Shown in pieces: positions 37,445-46,224 of a stretch of 64,000 bases of DNA. Made by a program: the position numbers and the translations under genes. A model generated the notes under the pieces. That model saw only the letters and a program-made list of their open reading frames with translations. It was not told the DNA's origin and searched no databases. The stretch comes from a bacterium (lineage in GTDB: Bacteria > Zhuqueibacterota > QNDG01 > JAGLOF01), in NCBI GenBank assembly GCA_016934955.1, contig JAFGRY010000051.1:11211-75210 (forward strand), in the 5' to 3' direction. Position 1 is the first letter of the stretch, and the number at the start of each line of letters is the position of its first letter.

Positions 37445-39330
37445 TATCCGTTGCCGTAGAGTTCATTCCATTGCTGAAACACCATCAGCGCCCAGAGAAG
37501 GTGACTGTGGTTGGCTCTTCCCTCGACATGCTCGTTCACGAGCTGTTCCACGTACCGGCCGTTGAAAATTCCCTGACGCTGCAGACGTTCCGCGTTCAGC
37601 AGGTCCGTCATCATCGGTCTCAGTTCATTCCGGATCCAGTTCTTTATCGGAATGCTGAACCCCTGTTTGTCCCGGTTCTGCACTTCGGGCGGAAGAGCAT
37701 TCCAGAAGGTCCGGTTGAGAATAACCTTGGTTTTCCAGCGGTCCATTTTAAACCCGGGCGGCAGAGAGCAGGCGAACTCGACAATCCGGTGATCCAGGTA
37801 GGGCACCCGGGCCTCCAGGGATGTCGCCATTGACATTCTGTCCACTTTCACGAGGATGTTGTCGACCAGATAGGTCTTGATGTCTATGTACCCTGTCCTG
37901 GTGATTTCCGGCACGTCCCCGGCGGCGGCACTGTGCCGATGGATAAAATCATAGGGGTCTTCGCTGCGGACCGCGGCGCGGGCATCCGGAGTAAAGAGCG
38001 CTTCCCGCTGCTTCTCGTGGAGAAACACCATCCAGCGCGCGTGGGCCAGTGTTTTCGGCAGCCGGGTTCCTTCGATGAACCGCTTGTAGGAATTGATCGC
38101 TCCCTTTTTCCTTTCCGTCGGAGGCAGACAGTGTGCCAGGGTTTCGAATCCGTAGCGTTTGACCAGCTTCGGCAGCAGATGATAATACCGCCGGTCGAAC
38201 AGGTGCGCTTTGTAGGTGTCATACCCTGCAAACAGCTCATCGCCGCCGTCGCCGGAGAGAGCAACGGTGACATGGTCACGGGCCATCCTGGAGACGATAT
38301 AGGTCGGAAAGATGGAAAAATCGCCGAACGGTTCATCGAGCTGCCGGATCAATTTTTCCGTGAGCTCAAGAGCGTCGGCTTCAACAATGAACTCATGATG
38401 ATCCGTATGGTACATATCCGCGACTGCTTTCGCGTAGGAAAGCTCATTGTATGACGACTCCCGGAATCCGATAGAAAACGTCTTCACCGGCCGGTCCATC
38501 AGCCCGGCCATCTGCGACACCATGATACTTGAGTCGATACCGCCGGAAAGGAACGCGCCCAGGGGCACATCGGCGATCAGCCGCAGCCGGACGGCATCCC
38601 GCAGCAGCTCGGCCAGCCGCTCCTCCGCTTCCCCGGCCGTCCAGGGCTGTTCCTTCGGCTGCAGCGTCCAGTAGGGCCGAATAGTGACACTGCCCTGCTT
38701 CATTGTCAGATAATGCCCCGGTTCCAGCTTGCGGACCGACCTGAAGATCGACCGTGGCGCGGGTATGTACTCAAAGGTCAGGAAATTGTTCAGCGCGTCG
38801 TAATCGATTTCTTTGTCAATCGCCTCACAGGCGAGAATTGCCTTGATCTCCGAACCGAACACCACTTTTTCACTGTCTTCATAGTAATAAAGCGGCTTTA
38901 TACCGATACGGTCCCGGGCCAGGATAAGCATCTGTTCGAGCTCATCCCAGACGGCGAATGCGAACATCCCGTTCAGCCGGGAAAACACATCCTCGCGCCA
39001 GGACTCGTATCCGTGCAGAATCGTTTCGGTGTCGCTGGCGGTCCTGAACCGGTGCCCCGCGGCCTCCAGTTCTGCGGAGAGATCCTGATAATTATATATC
39101 TCGCCGTTGAAGACGATGTGTCTGGTGCGATCCTCGTTGGATATGGGCTGATGACCGGATGCGAGATCGATGATCGAGAGCCGCCGCATGGCGAGCCCGG
39201 CCCGTCCTGACACAAGCCGGCCGCTGTCGTCGGGCCCGCGGTGTACAAGAGTGTCACACATGCGGCCAAGCATGGATTCATCCGGTACCCTGCCGGGCTC
39301 CTTGTAGACAATTCCGCAAATGCCGCACAT
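37444..39330 (-). CDS. asnB: Asparagine synthase (glutamine-hydrolysing) family amidotransferase, canonical
   Basis: It begins MCGICGIVY, so the Cys2 nucleophile is present. It also has the PP-loop AFLSGGIDSSIMVS. Length is 628 aa. Confidence 0.88.
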   Translation of the reverse strand: MCGICGIVYKEPGRVPDESMLGRMCDTLVHRGPDDSGRLVSGRAGLAMRRLSIIDLASGHQPISNEDRTRHIVFNGEIYNYQDLSAELEAAGHRFRTASDTETILHGYESWREDVFSRLNGMFAFAVWDELEQMLILARDRIGIKPLYYYEDSEKVVFGSEIKAILACEAIDKEIDYDALNNFLTFEYIPAPRSIFRSVRKLEPGHYLTMKQGSVTIRPYWTLQPKEQPWTAGEAEERLAELLRDAVRLRLIADVPLGAFLSGGIDSSIMVSQMAGLMDRPVKTFSIGFRESSYNELSYAKAVADMYHTDHHEFIVEADALELTEKLIRQLDEPFGDFSIFPTYIVSRMARDHVTVALSGDGGDELFAGYDTYKAHLFDRRYYHLLPKLVKRYGFETLAHCLPPTERKKGAINSYKRFIEGTRLPKTLAHARWMVFLHEKQREALFTPDARAAVRSEDPYDFIHRHSAAAGDVPEITRTGYIDIKTYLVDNILVKVDRMSMATSLEARVPYLDHRIVEFACSLPPGFKMDRWKTKVILNRTFWNALPPEVQNRDKQGFSIPIKNWIRNELRPMMTDLLNAERLQRQGIFNGRYVEQLVNEHVEGRANHSHLLWALMVFQQWNELYGNG

Positions 39331-39331
39331 A

Positions 39332-40543
39332 TCAGCGGATCCTTCCGCTTACCTGCTGCAGGGCCTGACGCAGTTTTTTCAGGTAGACTTCATAGCTGTA
39401 GGTTGATTCGGCCAGTGCTTTCGCCGCCGTTCCGATACGCGCCGCCAGTTCGCTGTCCTGCAGCACCTGCACGATCCCGTCGGCGAAGCTCCCGGGATCC
39501 GGCTCCGTGAGCACGGCCACCGTATCATCCATCACCTGTGTGTGTGTATACCGCCTGGTGGCGACGATCGGGACACCCGACCGGAAATAGGCATATATTT
39601 TCAGCGGTGTGTTCGTCCCCCGTGACCGCGGTGAGAGCAGCACATCCGCACAGCGGATATAGCTTCCCACTTCATCGGGGCGGACCTGCCCGGTGAACCG
39701 GACAGCGTCGATCACCCCTTCTTCCACCGCCATCGCCCGGAACATCTCTACCTGATCCGGGTGGCCGCCCACGAGAACGAAGATGCTCCCGGGTACAGCT
39801 GCAATCACCTTTGCAATGGACCGGATCAGGAGATCGAGCCCCTGATACGCCTCAAATGTACCGGTGTAGAGGGCGACGCTCCCGCCCTCAAGGCCCAGTT
39901 CCTTTTTCCGTTCTTCCGTACGATCTTCCTCTCCGAAAATCATACCGTAATCGATAACATTCTCGATGAGCACCGATCCCCGTGCAGGTGAAACCGCCGC
40001 GACATGATCGTGGAGGTCCGGACAGATCGTGATCACACCGGCACTGTTTTTCAGCACCCAGCGCTCCAGCTTCTCGAATATCCAGACGAGCGCCCTTGAA
40101 TTCGAAAACTGGAAATTGCCCAGCTGCTGGGGCAGGCTGGAGTGCATGTCATACAGATGCGGAACACGGAACATTTTCGCGAAAAGGACACCCCAGAAAC
40201 CCGCCTCTTCATGGGTATGAACGTAGTCATACCGGTGACAAAGCAGCCGGCCGAAGGTCCTGCACATAAGTAAAAAATCAAGAGGCACTTTTGCCGCCGA
40301 TGGCCCGATTTTCACGTTTCGGATGCCCGGGACGGGGGGGATCCGATGGATAGTCAGGCGGGGGAAATCGACATCTTCACCGATGTGATAGGTGAGCAGA
40401 TCGACCCGGTGCCCCAGGTCGGACAGCGCCTTGCAGCGGCCCACCACACTCAGCGGAGTTCCCCTTGGCTCGAAAATAGGTTCAGGTGCCACCATCAAAA
40501 TATGCATAGAATCGGCCATCACGATCATTTCCTGCTTTCGCAT
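39332..40543 (-). CDS. Glycosyltransferase family 4
   Basis: A GT-B N-domain (HILMVAPEPIFEPRGTPLSV) is followed by a group-1 C-terminal domain. Confidence 0.85.
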   Translation of the reverse strand: MRKQEMIVMADSMHILMVAPEPIFEPRGTPLSVVGRCKALSDLGHRVDLLTYHIGEDVDFPRLTIHRIPPVPGIRNVKIGPSAAKVPLDFLLMCRTFGRLLCHRYDYVHTHEEAGFWGVLFAKMFRVPHLYDMHSSLPQQLGNFQFSNSRALVWIFEKLERWVLKNSAGVITICPDLHDHVAAVSPARGSVLIENVIDYGMIFGEEDRTEERKKELGLEGGSVALYTGTFEAYQGLDLLIRSIAKVIAAVPGSIFVLVGGHPDQVEMFRAMAVEEGVIDAVRFTGQVRPDEVGSYIRCADVLLSPRSRGTNTPLKIYAYFRSGVPIVATRRYTHTQVMDDTVAVLTEPDPGSFADGIVQVLQDSELAARIGTAAKALAESTYSYEVYLKKLRQALQQVSGRIR

Positions 40544-40545
40544 GC

Positions 40546-41991
40546 TTATGCCGCACCATACCCGGTGAGTACGACGAACACCGTGCGGAAAAGAATTTTA
40601 AGGTCCTTCCAAAGTGAAAAATTGTCGATGTACTGCAGGTCCATCTCCATCCACTGGTCAAAATCGATCTTGTTTCGTCCGCTCACCTGCCAGATACAGG
40701 TAAGACCGGGCTTCATACTGAGACGCCGCCGCTGCCAGCTTTTATACATTTCGACTTCAGTCGGGATCGGCGGCCGGGGACCGACAAGACTCATATCGCC
40801 CTTGAGCACGTTGAAGAGCTGAGGCAGTTCATCGATACTCAATTTCCGCATATACCGGCCTACCGACGTTACTCTGGGATCATGTTTTATTTTAAATACC
40901 GGGCCGTCCATCTCATTCTGCTTGGAGAGCTCCTTCTGACGTACTTCAGATCCGGCGTACATTGAGCGAAACTTGTAGAGCGTGAATTTTCTTCCGTTGA
41001 GACCGCACCGAACCTGTCTGAAAAACACCGGACCCTTTGAGGTGAACTTTATTAAAAGGGCCGAAACAATCATCACCGGAGACAATAAAATCAGTGCGAT
41101 GATGGCGATCAAGACATCGAGCAGCCGCTTGAAAAAAAGCTGCCATTCTTTTGCGATTGACGTCTGGTACACGATCAGCGGGATACCGGCAAAATCCGTC
41201 TGATGCAGTTTCGCCAGCTTCGGTTTGTACAGATCGACCGATACGGCAGTCTGAATACCCTCCCGCTCACAATAAAAAATTGCGTCTTCGATCCGGTTGA
41301 GCCAGAGTCGCGGAACAACAAAGATCACTCTGTCCACTACAAACTCTCTGATCAGCCGGGGAATGTCAGTAATACGCCCGATTACTTCATAATCGACAAT
41401 CTTCTTCCCCAGCAGCTTGGGGTCATCGTCGACGAGCCCGACAATTTTCAATCCCCAGTTCGCATGTTCCCGCACGACGTTGATAAATTCAAGAGCCCGT
41501 GCGCCGGTCCCCACAATGAGGATATTGACGAGATTGATGCCCTGCCTGTAGGTATAATCGAGTATCCAGCGCCAGACAGCTTTTGACAGCGCCAACCCCA
41601 AAAAAGCGGTAGCGGCGAATATACCCACGTATAAACGGCTGGTGAGCACCATTTTCAGAAGAAACACCCCGCTGCCCAGGAGCAGCACCGAGAAAAGTCC
41701 CGTCCTGAACACCTTCCAGAGAATCTCCAGGTAGATCTTGGTCCTGAAATTCTGATAGACATTATCCAGCGACATGAATCCGATCCAGGCGGGAATAGTG
41801 ATCATGATCAGCCAGAGATGCCGCAGGTAAAAGTAGAATATTCCCCCTTCAGCGTATGCCAGCGGTCCGAGATCGAATATATCCCGGATAATCAGGGTGA
41901 TGAAATAGGCGATGAAAAATGATGCCGCGATAATAATGACATCCGTCGCTTTCATCAGTCTGACAAGAAACAGCTCTTTCTCGCGTACCAT
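40546..41991 (-). CDS. Polyprenyl-phosphate glycosylphosphotransferase, WbaP/EpsL-type initiating enzyme
   Basis: Four to five N-terminal TM spans and a central Rossmann-like domain (ILIVGTGARA) are followed by the bacterial sugar transferase domain with RKLSIDELPQLFNVLKGDMSLVGPRP. Confidence 0.88.
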   Translation of the reverse strand: MVREKELFLVRLMKATDVIIIAASFFIAYFITLIIRDIFDLGPLAYAEGGIFYFYLRHLWLIMITIPAWIGFMSLDNVYQNFRTKIYLEILWKVFRTGLFSVLLLGSGVFLLKMVLTSRLYVGIFAATAFLGLALSKAVWRWILDYTYRQGINLVNILIVGTGARALEFINVVREHANWGLKIVGLVDDDPKLLGKKIVDYEVIGRITDIPRLIREFVVDRVIFVVPRLWLNRIEDAIFYCEREGIQTAVSVDLYKPKLAKLHQTDFAGIPLIVYQTSIAKEWQLFFKRLLDVLIAIIALILLSPVMIVSALLIKFTSKGPVFFRQVRCGLNGRKFTLYKFRSMYAGSEVRQKELSKQNEMDGPVFKIKHDPRVTSVGRYMRKLSIDELPQLFNVLKGDMSLVGPRPPIPTEVEMYKSWQRRRLSMKPGLTCIWQVSGRNKIDFDQWMEMDLQYIDNFSLWKDLKILFRTVFVVLTGYGAA

Positions 41992-41994
41992 GTA

Positions 41995-42954
41995 TCAATC
42001 CTCAATACCGTTTTGTTGCCTGAACCATTCGACATAGTTGAGGATGCCTTCCTCGATACCGACATGCGGATTATACCCGAGTTCAGACTTGGCCCTGGTA
42101 ATGTCGGCGTAGGTAATCCGGACATCTCCCGGCTGATCAGGCTGGCGGTCGATGTGTGCTTTTATCCCCAGCGCCCTCTCGATCAGACCGATCAGCGCCT
42201 GCAGCTCGATGGTATGAGATTCACCGAGATTGTATACATGGTAGCCGCGGCAGTTGTCTATCGCCCTCATGATACCGTCGATGATATCCGAAATATAGGT
42301 GTAATCCCTGCGGCTCGTCCCATCACCGTACACGGGAATCGGTTCCCCCCGGGCGATGCTGCGGGTAAATTTGGTGATCGCCATATCCGGTCTCTGCCGG
42401 GGCCCGTATACGGTAAAAAACCTGAGGCAGGTTACCGGCAGACCGTAAAGATGATGATAGGTGTATCCGATTAACTCGCAGGCTTTTTTTGTCGCGGCAT
42501 AGGGAGAGATGGGATGGTCAACAGAATCGCTTTCTGAAAAGGGCACTTTCTTGTTGTTTCCATACACCGATGACGAGGACGCCATCACAAATGCTGCCAC
42601 ATCGTGCCTGACAGCGGCATCCAGAAGGTGCATGGTGCCTTCAATATTCACCTTTTCATAAAGAAGCGGCTGCTGAAGAGAGGGCCGAACCCCGGCCCGG
42701 GCAGCCAAATGGACAATCGCATCAAAACGGAATCTGCTATATGCGGAATCTATCCTGTCTGTATCGAGAATGTCAGCTTCGATCAGCGTATATCGATCAT
42801 GATCGAGCAATTCTGAAATGTTCTGTCGTTTAACCTTTGGATCATAGTAATCATTAAAATTGTCAATACATACGACGTAATGTCCATCCCCTATCAGCTT
42901 TTCGCTTAAATGGGAGCCGATGAAGCCTGCACCCCCGGTAACTAAAAAGCGCAT
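41995..42954 (-). CDS. UDP-glucuronate 4-epimerase-like SDR
   Basis: It has MRFLVTGGAGFIGSHLSEKLIGDGHYVVCIDNFNDYYDP (the NDYYD block is typical of this subfamily) and YAATK as the Y-x-x-x-K. The ATG at 42954 is preceded by GAGGAGGG. The ORF-track TTG at 42966 is an alternative start. Confidence 0.75.
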   Translation of the reverse strand: MRFLVTGGAGFIGSHLSEKLIGDGHYVVCIDNFNDYYDPKVKRQNISELLDHDRYTLIEADILDTDRIDSAYSRFRFDAIVHLAARAGVRPSLQQPLLYEKVNIEGTMHLLDAAVRHDVAAFVMASSSSVYGNNKKVPFSESDSVDHPISPYAATKKACELIGYTYHHLYGLPVTCLRFFTVYGPRQRPDMAITKFTRSIARGEPIPVYGDGTSRRDYTYISDIIDGIMRAIDNCRGYHVYNLGESHTIELQALIGLIERALGIKAHIDRQPDQPGDVRITYADITRAKSELGYNPHVGIEEGILNYVEWFRQQNGIED

Positions 42955-42962
42955 ATCCCTCC

Positions 42963-45272
42963 TCAATAACGGTAATAGCTGTACCCGTCATGGGCAACTT
43001 CAACTCCTGCACAGTTTAATAGGACCCCTAAGACATTAGTCTGTAAATTATTGAACAGCTCAAGTTTCTGAGCCACATGATTTCTGTTGGTCATACCCGA
43101 GCGCACCAGCACCAGCACCCCGTCAACCAGCGTACTCAAAATTACCGCATCTGACGCGGCCATGAGCGGCGGCGTATCGAAAATGACAAAATCAAATCGC
43201 TGCCTGACGCCTTCGATGAACCGCTTCATTCGGTCGGATCCCAGCAGCTCGGAGGGATTGGGAAGCAGTGAACCGCAGGTAATCACCGTCAGGTTCGGAA
43301 TATAGGTCTCATTCAGGATCGTATCGAGCGGCACGACGCCGGTCAAATAATTAGTAAGACCCGGTTTTTTGGGACAGTTGAAGCTGTTGTGCAGCACGCC
43401 TCTTCTCAGATCGGCGTCGACAAGAAGCGTTTTACTCTTTTGCTGGGCCAGGGTTATTCCCAGGTTGGCTGCGGTGAATGATTTGCCTTCTCCGGGCGCG
43501 ACGCTGCCGATCGCCAGTGTCTTTATTTCCCCGATACTTTTATTGAAGAGAATACTTGTCCGCAGAGATCGATACGCTTCACCAATGGGTGTCGGCGAAT
43601 AATCATGAGTAACGATTTGTGAGCTCACGCTTTTTGCCTTCTCGGAATCCTGCAACTCATAATCGTCGAACTTCACTTTCGGGATCACGCCGAGAATCGG
43701 CAGCTGCAGATACCGTTTGATATCGGTCCTGGTTTTTATCCTCTTGTCAAGCGCCTCACTCACCAGGACACTCATCAGGCCGATTATCAGGGCAACACCT
43801 CCGCCGATTGCGCCTTTTTTCTTTTTACTGGCACTCACCGGGTACGGGACCGGAACGGCTTCGTCAATGATCCGCCCGTTATCCGAACCTACTGCAGCCG
43901 CCAGTTCCGCTTCATTGAGAAGCTCAAAATTTTTACTGTAGATCTGCTGCTTGACTCTCCATTGACGATCGAGATTGTACATTTTAACCTGCTCGGATGG
44001 CAGCCGGTTGAGTATCGCCTGCTTCTCCCGCATTTGCTGTCGAATATTTCTCAACTCGTCATTGAGGTCCCCGAGCTTGCTCTGGGCCAGGGTGAGGATC
44101 ATCATCTCTACATCTGATATCTTCGTGCTGATCTCGATGACGTCTTCATTACTGTCAGGAAGCCCCCTCTCCCGCTGCAACGAAGTTTTCTGCCTGTCGT
44201 AATCGTTCAGCTGGCTCTTTGCCATATCCATCTCTGAATCATCCGCGAACGCTTCCAGCGCCGCTATCTGCCGAAATATGTAGTGCCCCAGGTCATCGAT
44301 ATTCACGTTCAAGTTCTGAGAATCGAATTTGTTGAGAAACTGCTGCAACTCTTTTTTCTGAAAGTCGATCCGGGAAGAGTCAAGCTCCAGTATCTTAAGG
44401 GCATCAACGGCGGATTTGGTTTCGTCAGTGAGCCCGAGCGGATGATCGAAATTGAAGGACTTGAGCTGTTCTTCGATCTTTTCCAGCTCGAGTCTCGATA
44501 CCCGTGCCCGCTCGTTGAGGAAATCAAGGCGTTCCTGCATCTGATCTTGACTGAGTTCCTTGCTTTGCTTGATGAAAATATCGGCAAGCAGGTTCACCGT
44601 CTGGCTGGCAATCATCGGGTCTTTGTCTTCCAGTGATATGCTCATCACATCACCGAGTCTGTTGAAATTGACCTCTTCTCTGGCCCTGAGCGATGACACG
44701 GTCCCTCTGAAATTGTTGATCCGAAAGAGAATCGTTCTCTGATTTTCAAAAGCGGTGGGCTTCAGGGAAAATTTCAATCCATTGTAATGCACCGTCGTAT
44801 CGACCATCTGTTCGAATTTGAGGCTGTCCAGCCGTAACGCGTCGTGATAGAAGGTGCAGTAGCCGGTCGGGTAATAGATGAGTTTATACACACCGGGCAC
44901 GGGGTTATGAGTCGTTGAGAACGCCGAGAAAAAATCAAATCGTGAGATGTACCGGTTGCTGGTCTCATCCAGAAGCTCGAGCGTCAACCCCAGTTCGGCG
45001 GTAACCTCCTCGGCAAATGAGCGGCTCTTCAGACGCAGCATGCGGCTCTGAATGAGATCATCGGATGTATCTCCTGAAACGTTATCGAAAGAGATCCATA
45101 CTTCCGATTTATACACCGGCGGCTGTTTTTTCACGTAGATAAACCAGGGAATGGTCAGTGCGAACGTTATCGCCAGCACTACCCACCAGCGATGCCTGAG
45201 TGCATCGATATATTTTTGGATATCCAGAGTTTCGCTCTGTAAATTCTGTTCATTGAAAATATCTTCCATCAA
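42963..45272 (-). CDS. wzc: Polysaccharide co-polymerase / tyrosine autokinase (Wzc/GumC/EpsG-type)
   Basis: It has an N-terminal TM span, a long coiled periplasmic region, a second TM span, then a kinase domain. The kinase has Walker A (APGEGKS), A-prime (LLVDADLRRG) and B (FDFVIFDTPP). The tail is Tyr-rich (DGYSYYRY). Confidence 0.85.
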   Translation of the reverse strand: MMEDIFNEQNLQSETLDIQKYIDALRHRWWVVLAITFALTIPWFIYVKKQPPVYKSEVWISFDNVSGDTSDDLIQSRMLRLKSRSFAEEVTAELGLTLELLDETSNRYISRFDFFSAFSTTHNPVPGVYKLIYYPTGYCTFYHDALRLDSLKFEQMVDTTVHYNGLKFSLKPTAFENQRTILFRINNFRGTVSSLRAREEVNFNRLGDVMSISLEDKDPMIASQTVNLLADIFIKQSKELSQDQMQERLDFLNERARVSRLELEKIEEQLKSFNFDHPLGLTDETKSAVDALKILELDSSRIDFQKKELQQFLNKFDSQNLNVNIDDLGHYIFRQIAALEAFADDSEMDMAKSQLNDYDRQKTSLQRERGLPDSNEDVIEISTKISDVEMMILTLAQSKLGDLNDELRNIRQQMREKQAILNRLPSEQVKMYNLDRQWRVKQQIYSKNFELLNEAELAAAVGSDNGRIIDEAVPVPYPVSASKKKKGAIGGGVALIIGLMSVLVSEALDKRIKTRTDIKRYLQLPILGVIPKVKFDDYELQDSEKAKSVSSQIVTHDYSPTPIGEAYRSLRTSILFNKSIGEIKTLAIGSVAPGEGKSFTAANLGITLAQQKSKTLLVDADLRRGVLHNSFNCPKKPGLTNYLTGVVPLDTILNETYIPNLTVITCGSLLPNPSELLGSDRMKRFIEGVRQRFDFVIFDTPPLMAASDAVILSTLVDGVLVLVRSGMTNRNHVAQKLELFNNLQTNVLGVLLNCAGVEVAHDGYSYYRY

Positions 45273-45294
45273 GCCTTCTCCGATGGTTAGGTGA

Positions 45295-46011
45295 CTATAT
45301 TGATCCCTGCTTGAGTCTGAGATAGACCAGCACCATTGAAGCGAATAAATTGAAAATCGACATGAGGGTCCCCAGGCCGATACCGCCCCTCATCGGTGCC
45401 AGCAGCTGGTCACCGGATTCAATTCCCACTTCTTCAAGTGAAATACCCTGCTCGAATGCTTCCAGAACATTTGGTATGACGACTTTGCCGCCGCGCTCCA
45501 CCCGCATTTTGGCAAGATCGCACCCCTTGTCCGGACCGCCGGCGAGCTCCACCACATCCCACACCGAGCTGGTCGGGTCAACGTGATACGCCCCCGGCTC
45601 ATTGAAGGCACCCTGGAGGGTCAGCCGTATCAACGGCCTGACATATACATAGGGGTCCTGCAGGTACTGGGAAAACCGTTCCTTGAGCGCCTCGGTAACC
45701 TCATATACCGTGTATCCCTTGACCTTGACCTGGCCGATCAGCGGCATCACGATATATCCTTCGGGATTTATGGGATAATCTCTGCTGAGATCCAGATCCC
45801 GGAAAGCGAATTCGCGCCCTTTCAGCTCGTGCACCTGAACACGCACGGCGTCACCTGGCTGAAAAACAGTCAATGACCTGGCGGATTCACTCCATTGATA
45901 TTTATAATCGTCCTGCGCCGCGGCATCCGGGATTCCGGCACCGACAAAAATCACAACCCCTAAGATCAAATAAAAACAAAAAGATAATGCACTGCTCACT
46001 CTGCGCTGCAT
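45295..46011 (-). CDS. wza: Polysaccharide export outer-membrane protein (Wza-like, Poly_export + SLBB)
   Basis: A signal peptide is followed by FQPGDAVRVQV and INPEGYIVMPLIGQVKVKGYTVYEVTEALKERF, with an SLBB-like C-terminal part. The start is placed at the ATG at 46011, preceded by GGGAGAG. The ORF-track start at 46122 would read through a terminator hairpin. Confidence 0.8.
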   Translation of the reverse strand: MQRRVSSALSFCFYLILGVVIFVGAGIPDAAAQDDYKYQWSESARSLTVFQPGDAVRVQVHELKGREFAFRDLDLSRDYPINPEGYIVMPLIGQVKVKGYTVYEVTEALKERFSQYLQDPYVYVRPLIRLTLQGAFNEPGAYHVDPTSSVWDVVELAGGPDKGCDLAKMRVERGGKVVIPNVLEAFEQGISLEEVGIESGDQLLAPMRGGIGLGTLMSIFNLFASMVLVYLRLKQGSI

Positions 46012-46074
46012 CAGCACTCTCCCGATGTGTTTAACCATAACTCTCAATCCGCCAAAAAAAGCAATTACCATACC

Positions 46075-46102
46075 AAAAAAAAACATCCGATCTCCGGATG
46101 TT
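46075..46102 (-). terminator. Rho-independent terminator downstream of the STAS-domain gene
   Basis: The minus strand reads AACATCCG-GAGAT-CGGATGTT followed by a run of T. The plus-strand A-run is 9 nt long (46075-46083). It lies about 120 nt after the stop at 46225 and upstream of the probable wza start. Confidence 0.6.
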
Positions 46103-46224
46103 GCTGTCGCTACTCGAGGCATGTGAGCAAGATATCCATAGATTCATACCGTGCCATCTCCAAAGGACTGGACGACTTCTTTATAAAGGTATCTGATCGT
46201 ACCTGCAAACAGTCTGCTCGATCC

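Noticed and set aside
46012-46122. An N-terminal extension of wza in the ORF track (start at 46122).
   Set aside because: The extension runs through a hairpin plus T-tract terminator and lacks an RBS. The ATG at 46011 has a GGGAGAG site and gives a normal signal peptide.
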